64,000 nucleotides of DNA from an uncultured Acidobacteriota bacterium. GTDB taxonomy: Bacteria; Acidobacteriota; Thermoanaerobaculia; Gp7-AA8. The number at the start of each line of letters is the position of its first letter. Position 1 is the stretch's first letter. The notes below the pieces were generated by a model that saw only the letters and a list, made by a program, of their open reading frames with translations, ran no database searches and had not been told where the DNA came from. The stretch is from the NCBI GenBank assembly GCA_963741955.1, contig CAVUKB010000007.1, positions 160,001 through 224,000 of the forward strand, in the 5' to 3' direction. The translations under genes were made by a program, and so were the position numbers. This document shows, one piece after another, positions 9,580-18,508 of the stretch.

Positions 9580-11214
9580 TCACGAGCGGGACATGCCGAA
9601 TGTATCGAGAAATGCGCGCACGCCCTGCTCGGTGCCGCAGATGTAGATCGAGTCGCTTTCCTCGAAAACGAACTCCGGTCCGAACTCGACGATGTGCTTC
9701 TGAGCGCGCTCCACGACGACGACCGAGCACTGCGTCCGCTCGCGGATCGCGAGATCGGAGGGATGTCGCCCGACGAACTCGCGGCCGGAGATGCGTTGGA
9801 TGCGGAGATGCGCATCCAGCGAGAGCGCTTCTTCGCCGAACAATCGCCACGAGAGCATCTGTCCCGACACGTTACTGATGGAGAGAGCGAAGTCGGCGCC
9901 TGCGCGATAGATGTTGTCGATGTTGCGGGCCTGGTTGACCCGCGCGATCACCGGAATGTGAGGCGAGAGATCCCGGATGATCACCGTACCGAAGAGCGTC
10001 GAATCGTCACTGTCGAGAGCGAGAATGACCGCCTGCGCGGAAGCGATCCCCGCTTTCTCCAGAACCGAAGGATCGAGAACGTTCCCGCTGAACGTGACGT
10101 TGGGCCGTTGTTCGCGATCGACCGCGATGACCTCTTCTCCTGCATCCGTGAGGAGCTCGTGGACCTTCTGTCCGACCTCGCCGAAGCCTGCGATGAGGAA
10201 GGGCCCCTCTCTCCGGAGGCGTTGCGCTCCCTCCGCCAGCCGCTCCAGTGCTTCGAGCGCCTCGGGAGTGCCGATCACGACGAGGATCGAGCGCGGCTCG
10301 ATTCGCGTCTCGCCGGTGGGCTGTCCGAGAAGTTTCCCCGAGACCCACTGGCCGACCACGGATGCACCGGTACGAGCACCGATCGCGGCTTCGGCCATCG
10401 TCTTCCCCGCCAGTGAGCTCCCCGACTGGACCCGGAGCTCGCGCATCTCGAGTGAACCGAGCTGCTGGATCCCGGCCACGCGCGGGCTGATGCGATCGCT
10501 CGCCCGCGCCGCGAGCGCCGCAGCCAGGATGTGCCGCGGCGTGTAAACCGCGTTCGCTCCGGCCAGCTCCATCGGCCTGCGATGGACCGGCTCTTCGACC
10601 AGCGCGTAGATGTCTCCGGCGAACCCGAGCTGGCGTCCCCGAAGAATGAGCGACGCATTTTCTTCGTCGCGCCCGTTCGCGACGAGTGCCCGCGCGTCCA
10701 GCAGCCGGCACGCCTGCATCATGTCGTCGTCACCGCGGCTGAAGACGACGTTGATCTGCCGCTCGACCAGCCGGCGCGCCTTTTCCTCATCGAGCTCGAG
10801 GACGACGAACGGACGGTTCAGACGCTGCAGGCGCGTGATCAGCGTCTCGACCGCCGGTCCGTAGCGGTAGACCACCACGTGGCCGCGGATCTCGCCGATC
10901 TGCCGGGGAAGCCGCTGTTCGAAACGCTCCTCCATGAACGGAACGAGAAAGATCGGAATGATCAGGAAGACCAGAAAGACGCCGACGAACTGCAGCAGAA
11001 CAACGAAGATGACCATCGCCGGATGCGACCAGCTCGCATCCGCGCCGTATCCGGTGGTGCTCAGAGTCTCGGCCGCGAATTCGAGAGCGCGCCAGAAGCC
11101 GCGCGGATGTCCCTCGAGATTCTTCATCCCGAGCTGATAGACGACGGCGGAGACGACCAGGAGCACCGCGAGTGCGATGACCATCACCACCATTCTCCGG
11201 GTCGATCGGCGCAT
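9580..11214 (-). CDS. Potassium channel protein with tandem RCK (TrkA-N/C) domains
   Basis: Selectivity filter STTGYG, two TrkA_N/TrkA_C pairs, GFGEVG. Confidence 0.9.
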   Translation of the reverse strand: MRRSTRRMVVMVIALAVLLVVSAVVYQLGMKNLEGHPRGFWRALEFAAETLSTTGYGADASWSHPAMVIFVVLLQFVGVFLVFLIIPIFLVPFMEERFEQRLPRQIGEIRGHVVVYRYGPAVETLITRLQRLNRPFVVLELDEEKARRLVERQINVVFSRGDDDMMQACRLLDARALVANGRDEENASLILRGRQLGFAGDIYALVEEPVHRRPMELAGANAVYTPRHILAAALAARASDRISPRVAGIQQLGSLEMRELRVQSGSSLAGKTMAEAAIGARTGASVVGQWVSGKLLGQPTGETRIEPRSILVVIGTPEALEALERLAEGAQRLRREGPFLIAGFGEVGQKVHELLTDAGEEVIAVDREQRPNVTFSGNVLDPSVLEKAGIASAQAVILALDSDDSTLFGTVIIRDLSPHIPVIARVNQARNIDNIYRAGADFALSISNVSGQMLSWRLFGEEALSLDAHLRIQRISGREFVGRHPSDLAIRERTQCSVVVVERAQKHIVEFGPEFVFEESDSIYICGTEQGVRAFLDTFGMSRS

Positions 11215-11327
11215 CCGACGATTCTAACCCGGACCAATGTCGGGATGGCGCTGCTTCCGTGAGATCGATCTGCCGCGCGCGACGATTGAAACCTGAGGAG
11301 CGATGCTGTCGTATAGACTCGACGATC

Positions 11328-12263
11328 ATGAGTGAAATTGCGCTGAGCCTCGCCGGAGTGGTGAAGGAGTTCGGTGAGCGCCGGGCTCTCGACGGGGTCG
11401 ACCTCGAGCTTCATCGTGGTGAGGTGCTCGGTCTGCTCGGCCCGAACGGAGCGGGGAAGAGCACCATCGTCCGTACGGTGATGGGCCGCGTCTCGCCGGA
11501 CCAGGGGCGGCTCTTCGTCTTCGGGAAGGAGATCTCACCGTCGGATCATTCGCTGCGACGGGAGATCGGCTTCGTCCCCCAGGAGATCGCGCTCTACCCG
11601 CTTCTCACCGTCCGTGAGAACGCGGAGGTGATCGGACGCTACCAGGGCCTCTCCGGCATGCAGCTCGGATCGAAGGTCGATCAGGCGCTGGAGTGGGCTG
11701 CGCTCACCGACCGCGCACGCGACGTGACGAAGAATCTCTCCGGCGGGATGAAGCGCCGGCTGAATATGGCCGTGGGGATTCTTCACGATCCGCGGGTGCT
11801 CCTTCTCGACGAGCCGACGGTAGGAGTGGATCCTCAATCGAGGGAGAAGGTCTACGAGATGATCGAGTCACTCCGCGGCGGAGGCGTTTCGATCCTCTAC
11901 ACCACTCACTACATGGAAGAGGCGGAGCGCCTCTGTGATCGGATCGCGATCATCGACCATGGACGGATCGTCGCCAGCGGAACCCGCAGCGAACTGGTTG
12001 GAGCCACCATCGGATCGAAGAGTGATTTCGTGATCGATTGTGCCGCCGAGCCGCCGGCGGAGATCGCTGCGGCGCTGCGGGAGCGCGGAGTGCAGATCGA
12101 CGGCTCGAAGCTGACGCTTTCCGGTTGCCGCGAGCCGGCAGAAATGCTCGGACTGGTGCAGTCGCTCGAGCGCGACTCCGTGGAGATCGTCGATTTCGCG
12201 TTGAGGACGCCGTCGCTGCAGGACGTCTTTCTCCACTTGACCGGGAAGGAGCTCCGGGAATGA
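11328..12263 (+). CDS. ABC-2 type exporter ATP-binding protein
   Basis: GPNGAGKS, LSGGMKRR, LLLDEPT, THYMEEAE. Confidence 0.93.
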   Translation: MSEIALSLAGVVKEFGERRALDGVDLELHRGEVLGLLGPNGAGKSTIVRTVMGRVSPDQGRLFVFGKEISPSDHSLRREIGFVPQEIALYPLLTVRENAEVIGRYQGLSGMQLGSKVDQALEWAALTDRARDVTKNLSGGMKRRLNMAVGILHDPRVLLLDEPTVGVDPQSREKVYEMIESLRGGGVSILYTTHYMEEAERLCDRIAIIDHGRIVASGTRSELVGATIGSKSDFVIDCAAEPPAEIAAALRERGVQIDGSKLTLSGCREPAEMLGLVQSLERDSVEIVDFALRTPSLQDVFLHLTGKELRE

Positions 12264-13552
12264 TCGGGTCCGTCTTTCGTGCCTCGTGGATGAATTTCCG
12301 TCGCGACCGCACCGCGCTGGTGCTCAGCTTCGTCGTCCCGATCGCGTTCTTCTCGATCTTCGCGTCGATCTTCGGCTCGAGGGGAGGCGACACGACATCG
12401 AAAGTCAGAATCGCCGTCGTCGATCAGGAGAAGAGCGCGCAATCGCGCCGGCTGATCGAAGCGCTGCGCAGCGAAGATGCGCTCACCGTGCTGGAGAGCG
12501 CAACGGATGGACCGGACAAGGGCGTTCCCTTCGATCGCGCGGCCGCGGAGACGCTGGTCCGGAATGGAGTCGTCCCGGTCGCGCTGGTGATCCCGAAAGG
12601 ATCGCTCGCTGGAGCGATCCGTTTCAGCGGTCCGACCGAACCGGGCCGGAAGGAGATCGAGCTCATCGCGGACACTTCCGATCCGATCGCACCGGAGATC
12701 GTCACGGGCCTCCTTCAGAAGAGCGCATTCAACGCGCTTCCCGACCAGTTTCTCGCGGAAGGAATCGGCGAGATCGACCAGTGGAGCGGAGGACTCACCA
12801 GCGATCAGCGCACACGCCTCGACCACAACCTCGAGATGCTGAGGAAGGATCTCGATGCGAAGCCGGCAACGGGCTCGAAGAAGACGTCGTCCGCAAACGG
12901 TCTCCTCATCCCGGTCCACCAGACGGACATCCTCGGCGCGGACAAGAAGAATCCGATGATCGCGTTCTATGCCGCGGGGATCGGAGTGATGTTCCTTCTC
13001 TTTTCCGCAGTCAACGCCGGAGGCGCGCTGCTGGAGGAGGAAGAGAGCGGAATGCTCGACAGGGTTCTGACCACGGATGTGAACATGAGCCGTCTGCTTC
13101 TCGGAAAGATGGCCTATCTCGTCTCCCTCGGCACGGTTCAGCTCTGCGTGATGTTTCTCTGGGGTGCGCTGGTGTTCCAACTCGATCTCGCGGGGCATCT
13201 CGCCGGATTCGCGATCATGGCGGTGACCACCGCGGTGGCATCATCGGCGTTCGGCCTCCTCCTCGCGACGCTCTGTCACACCCGCGCGCAGCTCTCGGCG
13301 ATCTCGACCCTCACCGTCCTCACCATCTCCGCTCTCGGTGGAAGCATGTTTCCGCGCTTCCTGATGCCGGAGGCGCTGCAGAAAGTGGGATTGATCTTCT
13401 TCAACTCCTGGGCGATCGAAGGGTTCACGCGGGTCTTCTGGCGGGAAGAGCCGCTCGGCAATCTTCTGCCGGACGTCGCGGTTCTGATCCTCAGCGCAGC
13501 GCTCTTCTTCGCGATCGCGCGGCGCTTCGCCCGTCGATGGGAAACCATCTGA
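12260..13552 (+). CDS. ABC-2 type exporter permease
   Basis: ATGA overlap with the ATPase; TM, large extracytoplasmic loop, then 5 TM; LGGSMFP. Confidence 0.9.
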   Translation: MIGSVFRASWMNFRRDRTALVLSFVVPIAFFSIFASIFGSRGGDTTSKVRIAVVDQEKSAQSRRLIEALRSEDALTVLESATDGPDKGVPFDRAAAETLVRNGVVPVALVIPKGSLAGAIRFSGPTEPGRKEIELIADTSDPIAPEIVTGLLQKSAFNALPDQFLAEGIGEIDQWSGGLTSDQRTRLDHNLEMLRKDLDAKPATGSKKTSSANGLLIPVHQTDILGADKKNPMIAFYAAGIGVMFLLFSAVNAGGALLEEEESGMLDRVLTTDVNMSRLLLGKMAYLVSLGTVQLCVMFLWGALVFQLDLAGHLAGFAIMAVTTAVASSAFGLLLATLCHTRAQLSAISTLTVLTISALGGSMFPRFLMPEALQKVGLIFFNSWAIEGFTRVFWREEPLGNLLPDVAVLILSAALFFAIARRFARRWETI

Positions 13553-13607
13553 CCGATCGTGGAGCGCATCCGGTTCGCGGGAGCGAGATTGCTGACCACC
13601 CGAGCCG

Positions 13608-14198
13608 ATGGACGACGTCACTGACAGACTCGAGCCGCCGTTCTTTCTTGTGGCGATGCCGCAGGTTCTCGACCCGTTCTTCAACCGGAGCGTGGTGCTG
13701 ATGCTCGAGCATCAGGAGGACGGGAGTCTCGGGATCATCGTGAACCGGCCGATCGAGCTGACCCTGGAGCGGCTGTTCACCGAGCTCGCCTCTCCTTGGG
13801 GCGGCGACGCGGAGACGCTGGCGCTGTTCGGAGGTCCGGTGCAGCCGCAGGTCGGAACGGCGCTGTTCGTTCCCGACGGCCCGATCGCCAGCGCCGATTC
13901 GATCAGCGTGGTTGCGGGTGGCGTGATGCTCTGCCACGACGTAGACGTGATCACGAGGCTCGGAGCGGATCCGCCGGAGAACTTCCGGCTGACGCTGGGG
14001 TACGCGGGATGGTCGCCCGGGCAGCTCGAGACGGAGATGAACCGGAACGACTGGCTGATCGCTCCGTTCGATCCGAAAATCGTCTTTGCGGAGGATCCGG
14101 CGGAGAGCTGGACACTCGCGCTCGCATCGATCGGGGTCCGGCCGGAATCGCTCCCGTCGTGGACCCGTGGCGAGGACGACGAAGGCAGCACGAATTAG
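13608..14198 (+). CDS. yqgE: YqgE/AlgH family protein
   Basis: LVAMP..DPFF.RSV, GGPV, GYAGWSPGQLE motifs. Confidence 0.92.
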   Translation: MDDVTDRLEPPFFLVAMPQVLDPFFNRSVVLMLEHQEDGSLGIIVNRPIELTLERLFTELASPWGGDAETLALFGGPVQPQVGTALFVPDGPIASADSISVVAGGVMLCHDVDVITRLGADPPENFRLTLGYAGWSPGQLETEMNRNDWLIAPFDPKIVFAEDPAESWTLALASIGVRPESLPSWTRGEDDEGSTN

Positions 14199-14610
14199 AG
14201 CGAGCGGTGAGCGGTGAGCGACGAGGTTTTGCCGAGGAGTGCGGATTCGCCGCCGAGGGGAGCGGATCCTCTGATCCGCCGCACGAGTTGCGGCGCATGC
14301 GCGACAGTAGCAGGATCCGTGGCTTCCGCAGAAGCGGAGCTGAGTGGTTGAATCAGTGACGCTCCGCGGTGGCCGCAGGCTTCGTCTTCATCGCGTACGA
14401 CTCGATCTTCGCGGCGGATCGGAGGATCCGCACCCCTCGGGGACGAGCGGTGAGCGGTGAGCGGTGAGTGATGAGCGACGAGCGGCGAGCGGTGAGTTTT
14501 TGCCGAGGAGTGCGATTGCCGCCGAGGGGAGCCGATCCTCTGATCCGCCGCGCGGATGACGGCGCATGCGCGACAGTAGCATCACCCGCGACGCTGGCAG
14601 AAGCGGAGCA
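14199..14610 (-). repeat. 1.5 copies of the 189-bp TIR element (family 1) with heptamer linkers
   Basis: Full copy 14253-14440 and half copy 14522-14609, reverse orientation relative to the 48-53 kb arrays; GAGCGGT/GAGCGAC heptamer runs. Confidence 0.9.
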
Positions 14611-14633
14611 TCCTCCGCCTGAAACGCTCCCCG

Positions 14634-15353
14634 TCAACCCATCAGCGTCAGCCAATCGGCGAGCGTACGCGGACGGAGACAGTAGTTCGTGCGGCGCTGC
14701 TCGGCAAACGTCGAATGCGGCACGTCGCCGTAATGGTGCCCCGGGTAAAGCACCGTCTCGTCGGGGAGCGCTGCGAGTCTCTGTGTGAGCGTGAGATACA
14801 TCTGCTCGGCGTCCCCTCCAGGAAAGTCGACGCGGCCACACCCCTGCACGAAAAGCGTGTCCCCTGCGACGAGGTTTCCTCCGACGAGGAAGCATTGGCT
14901 CCCGGGTGTGTGTCCGGGCGTATGGAGCAGCTGGATCGGAACCTCTCCGACCGTGACGACGTCGCTCGGATCGTGCGGGGTGAGGTCGGACGCGGAGAGT
15001 CCGGTGACCATCTGCACGCCGCGCGCTTCTTCCTTCTGACAATGAACCGGGATCGCCTTCCGCTCCATCAGCGCGGCGAGTCCCTCCACTCCGTGCCCGA
15101 AAAGATCTCCACCGACGTGATCCGGATGGTAGTGCGTGACGAGAGCTCCGGTGAGCTGCATCCCGTCGTCCTCCGCGACCCGTAGAAGCCCATCGACGTC
15201 CCAGGCGGGATCGACGACGACACACTCACGCGTCTCGCGATCGCCGATCAGATAGCAGAAGTTCACCATCTGAGCGGCCATCGGATCATCGCGCGCGAAG
15301 TCGTATCCGGCGAGAAGCTGGCGGAAGTAGAGACGATCGGATTCGTGGGCCAT
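14634..15353 (-). CDS. MBL-fold metallo-hydrolase (glyoxalase II-like)
   Basis: THYHPDH, HTPGHTPGS, GDTLF, PGH. Confidence 0.92.
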   Translation of the reverse strand: MAHESDRLYFRQLLAGYDFARDDPMAAQMVNFCYLIGDRETRECVVVDPAWDVDGLLRVAEDDGMQLTGALVTHYHPDHVGGDLFGHGVEGLAALMERKAIPVHCQKEEARGVQMVTGLSASDLTPHDPSDVVTVGEVPIQLLHTPGHTPGSQCFLVGGNLVAGDTLFVQGCGRVDFPGGDAEQMYLTLTQRLAALPDETVLYPGHHYGDVPHSTFAEQRRTNYCLRPRTLADWLTLMG

Positions 15354-15410
15354 GACCAGCATTCTAGCCCGGACTCTCGTTCCGGCAGGGCTCTTGCTCC
15401 CTCTTCGGCT

Positions 15411-15608
15411 ATGTCGCGCACGAGTCTGGAATCGCCGTACTGGTTGAGAGACGGAGAGGAGCCGTGCCCGTTCTGCGGGACGCGCTACGTCTACGAAGTC
15501 GAGCTCCGTTGCGAGCTCTGCGACTCGCCGGTCTGTCCCATCTGCGTCGTCCGGACCAGCCTCGAAGTGATCTGCCCCGACTGTCTGCACCGGGAAGAGG
15601 AGGAGTGA
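15411..15608 (+). CDS. Small Cys-rich (4x CxxC) zinc-finger protein
   Basis: CPFC, CELC, CPIC, CPDC; stop is 1 nt before the Ku start. Confidence 0.65.
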   Translation: MSRTSLESPYWLRDGEEPCPFCGTRYVYEVELRCELCDSPVCPICVVRTSLEVICPDCLHREEEE

Positions 15609-15609
15609 C

Positions 15610-16398
15610 GTGGCGGCACGCGCAATCTGGAAAGGGGTGATCAGATTCGGGAAGACGAACGTGCCGGTCCGCCTCTTTTCCGCGGTCGAGGATCACACCG
15701 TCCACTTCCGACTGCTTCACCGGAAAGACCGCACTCCTGTGAAGCAGCGTCTGATCAATCCGTCGAACGGGAAGGAAGTCGCGTACGCGGATGTGCGCAA
15801 GGCGTATGAAGTCTCTCGCGGCGTCTTCGTGCTTCTCGACGAGGAGGAGCTCGCGAGGCTCGAGCCCGCGCCGTCGAAAGACATCGAGATCACGCGCTTC
15901 GTCGATCCGTCCGAGATCGACCATCGCTGGTACGAGCGCCCGTACTTTCTCGGTCCGGATGGAGACGACGAAGCGTACTTCGCGCTCGCTGCCGCGCTGG
16001 CGAAGGAAGGGCGCGAGGGTGTTGCACGCTGGACGATGCGGAAGAAGGAGTACGTCGGTGCGCTTCGCGTCGAAGACGGCTATCTCGTTCTGGTCTCGCT
16101 CCACCATGCCGACCAGGTGATCGCGACCTCCGGTCTGGAAGCTCCGCAGGGACGGGCGATCGAGAAACGGGAGCGGGATATGGCGCAGCAGCTCGTCGAA
16201 TCGCTCGCCGCGGATTTCCATCCCGAAGAGTTCCACGACCAGTACCGCGAACGGGTGATGGAGCTCGTCGAGACGAAGCGCCGTGGCGGGAAAGTGAAGG
16301 TGACGAAGTTCCGGCCGAAGCCGACCGAGGAGCCGTCGCTGGCGAAGACGCTGGAGGCGAGCCTCGCGCGAAGCGGAAAGGGGAAGAAGAGTGCCTGA
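15610..16398 (+). CDS. ku: Non-homologous end joining protein Ku (short form)
   Basis: RAIWKG.I.FG...PV.L.SA, I..FV...EID.R.YERPYFL, F.PEEF.D.YRE. Confidence 0.93.
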   Translation: MAARAIWKGVIRFGKTNVPVRLFSAVEDHTVHFRLLHRKDRTPVKQRLINPSNGKEVAYADVRKAYEVSRGVFVLLDEEELARLEPAPSKDIEITRFVDPSEIDHRWYERPYFLGPDGDDEAYFALAAALAKEGREGVARWTMRKKEYVGALRVEDGYLVLVSLHHADQVIATSGLEAPQGRAIEKRERDMAQQLVESLAADFHPEEFHDQYRERVMELVETKRRGGKVKVTKFRPKPTEEPSLAKTLEASLARSGKGKKSA

Positions 16399-17356
16399 AG
16401 GAGCTCCCTCGTTTCGACCGTTCTGGTCCGGAACGATCACGTTCGGTCTGGTCAGCGTTCCGATCAACCTCCTTCCGGCCAACCGTGCCCGCGCCGTCTC
16501 GATGCGGATGCTGGCGCCGGACGGCACGCCGGTGGAGCGGCACTACTTCTGCGAGAAGGAAGACCGCGAGCTGGACGACGAGGAGATCGTCCGCGGATAC
16601 GAGGTGGAAAAGGGAGAGTTCGTCCTGGTCACGGACGAGGAGCTCGAAGCGATCGAGCCGAGGAAGTCGCGCGACATCGACCTGCGCGAATTCGTTCCCG
16701 TGACTGACGTCGACCCGCGCTTCTTCCGTCGAGCATACTTTCTCGTTCCGGCGGGAGAATCGACCACGGCCTATCGTCTCCTCGCCGATGCGATGGAGCG
16801 AACCGCACGCGCCGGAATCGCGACGTTCGTGATGCGCGGCAAGGAGTACCTCGTCGCGATCATGGCCGAGGACGGGATCCTCCGCGCGGAGACGCTCCGA
16901 TTTGCGGACGAGATCCGCAGTCCCGCCGCGGTCGGTCTTCCCGATCCGGTGAAGGTTGCGAAGAAGAAGATCGATGCGATCGATTCGGAGATCCGCAAGC
17001 ATTCGAAGAAGATCGACTACGAGGAGCTCCTCGACCACCACGCAGAAGAAATCCAGCAGCTCGCAGTCCGCAAGCAGCAGAAGAACGAAGACGTGGTGCG
17101 CACCAGCGACCTCACGCTCGAGAGCGAAGAAGGGGGAGAAGTCGTCGATCTGATGGAAGTCCTTCGCCGGAGCCTCGGCAAGTCGGACGCGAAAGCTCCC
17201 GCACGGCGAGCCGCGCGCGCCTCGAACACCGGAGGTCCTCCTCTGGAGAAGCAGTCGCGCGAAGAGCTGTACCGCGAGGCCCAACGCCTCGACATCCCCG
17301 GCCGGAGCCGCATGAACAAGACCGAGCTCGCCGAAGCGATCCGTCGAAGCGCGTGA
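16391..17356 (+). CDS. ku: Second Ku protein with C-terminal Rho-N-like tail
   Basis: WSGTITFGLVSVP, VVDLMEVLRRSL, tail REELYREAQRLDIPGRSRMNKTELAEAI. Confidence 0.93.
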   Translation: MPEGAPSFRPFWSGTITFGLVSVPINLLPANRARAVSMRMLAPDGTPVERHYFCEKEDRELDDEEIVRGYEVEKGEFVLVTDEELEAIEPRKSRDIDLREFVPVTDVDPRFFRRAYFLVPAGESTTAYRLLADAMERTARAGIATFVMRGKEYLVAIMAEDGILRAETLRFADEIRSPAAVGLPDPVKVAKKKIDAIDSEIRKHSKKIDYEELLDHHAEEIQQLAVRKQQKNEDVVRTSDLTLESEEGGEVVDLMEVLRRSLGKSDAKAPARRAARASNTGGPPLEKQSREELYREAQRLDIPGRSRMNKTELAEAIRRSA

Positions 17357-17400
17357 TCACTCACCACAGTGGTGACCCCTCCGAAATGGCTGCGTCCGCA

Positions 17401-17415
17401 TGGCCCGCCGATTGC
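17401..17415 (+). promoter_or_regulatory. Putative sigma54 promoter
   Basis: TGGCCCGCCGATTGC is close to consensus TGGCACG-N4-TTGC, 40 bp before ATG 17455. Confidence 0.6.
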
Positions 17416-17454
17416 GATGGAGAATGGTGGCCGTTCACAGTCCAGGAGGTCAGG

Positions 17455-18453
17455 ATGCAGAAAAGTGGCTTTTTTCGGGTACAAATCGCAGGTGCGATGG
17501 CGCTCGCAATGATGTTCGGAATGTCCGCTTTTGCGGAAAGTCGTCATCATGACAGGACAAGTACCGCGGGACGCCAGCATCAGACGAGCCGGGTGCAGGC
17601 CGATCAGCGGCAGCGGGCTCAGCGCAGCAATGCGGGAGTGCGCGAAAGTGCTCGGGTGACTCGTTCAGACCGCAGCTCGAGCGCACGCGTGGAGCGGTCA
17701 CAGCGTCCGACGAGCGGCCGGAACGCGGCCCGCGACTCACGCGTCATCACTCGTAACGATCGTAACGATCGTGTCATCACGCGCAACGATCGCAGCAGCA
17801 ACAGCGGAGCCGACCGCAACTGGCGTGGCGATCGACAGAACCAGAACCGCTCGCCGCAGAGCTCGAGTCAGTGGAACCGCGGTCGCAACGACAACCGCAA
17901 CTATGGTTCGCGCGGGTCCAACGATCGCAGCTACGGTTCGCGCCGGTCGTATGACCGCGGGTACAACGGGGGCTCACACGGGCGCTTCGTGGTCGGCTCC
18001 GGCCGCGTCAACCGCATCCAGCACTATCGGGGCGGCTATCGGGTCTGGGTCGGCGGCTCGCGCTATCCGTTCTTCGTTCCGGATGCACGTTTCCGTCTCT
18101 TCCCCTTCCGGGTCGGAATTTCCATCCGTCTCGGTGGCTACTACGATCCCCTCGGCTACATCAACGTGTACGACATCGGCGGATACCGCGGCTATGACCC
18201 GGTCTACACCTCCGGTGTACTCCACGGCGTGGTCGAGAGCGTCGACTACCGCCGCGGAACCGCGGTCATCAGCGACGATATCTCCGGACGATTCGTCACG
18301 GTGGTCATGCGGTCGGGCTTCGATCTCCGCCCCGGCGATCAGGTCGAGCTTTCCGGCGACTGGAGCCGCAGCGGGATCTTCCGCGCCTACCGCGTGAACT
18401 GGGTCGGTAACGGATACGACAACCGCGGCTACGACAACTACGGCGGCTACTGA
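17455..18453 (+). CDS. Secreted Arg/Asn/Gly/Tyr-rich low-complexity protein with C-terminal beta (OB-like) domain
   Basis: RBS AGGAGG; signal peptide ending AFA; repeated RVITRNDR; C-terminal G.VESVD...LRPGDQVEL.G. Confidence 0.75.
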   Translation: MQKSGFFRVQIAGAMALAMMFGMSAFAESRHHDRTSTAGRQHQTSRVQADQRQRAQRSNAGVRESARVTRSDRSSSARVERSQRPTSGRNAARDSRVITRNDRNDRVITRNDRSSNSGADRNWRGDRQNQNRSPQSSSQWNRGRNDNRNYGSRGSNDRSYGSRRSYDRGYNGGSHGRFVVGSGRVNRIQHYRGGYRVWVGGSRYPFFVPDARFRLFPFRVGISIRLGGYYDPLGYINVYDIGGYRGYDPVYTSGVLHGVVESVDYRRGTAVISDDISGRFVTVVMRSGFDLRPGDQVELSGDWSRSGIFRAYRVNWVGNGYDNRGYDNYGGY

Positions 18454-18476
18454 GCCGAGCGATCGGGTCATTGATG

Positions 18477-18508
18477 AAAAGGCCGGGCTTCGAGCCCGGC
18501 CTTTTTTT
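18477..18508. terminator. Bidirectional intrinsic terminator
   Basis: AAAA-GGCCGGGCT-TCG-AGCCCGGCC-T7 between convergent genes. Confidence 0.9.
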
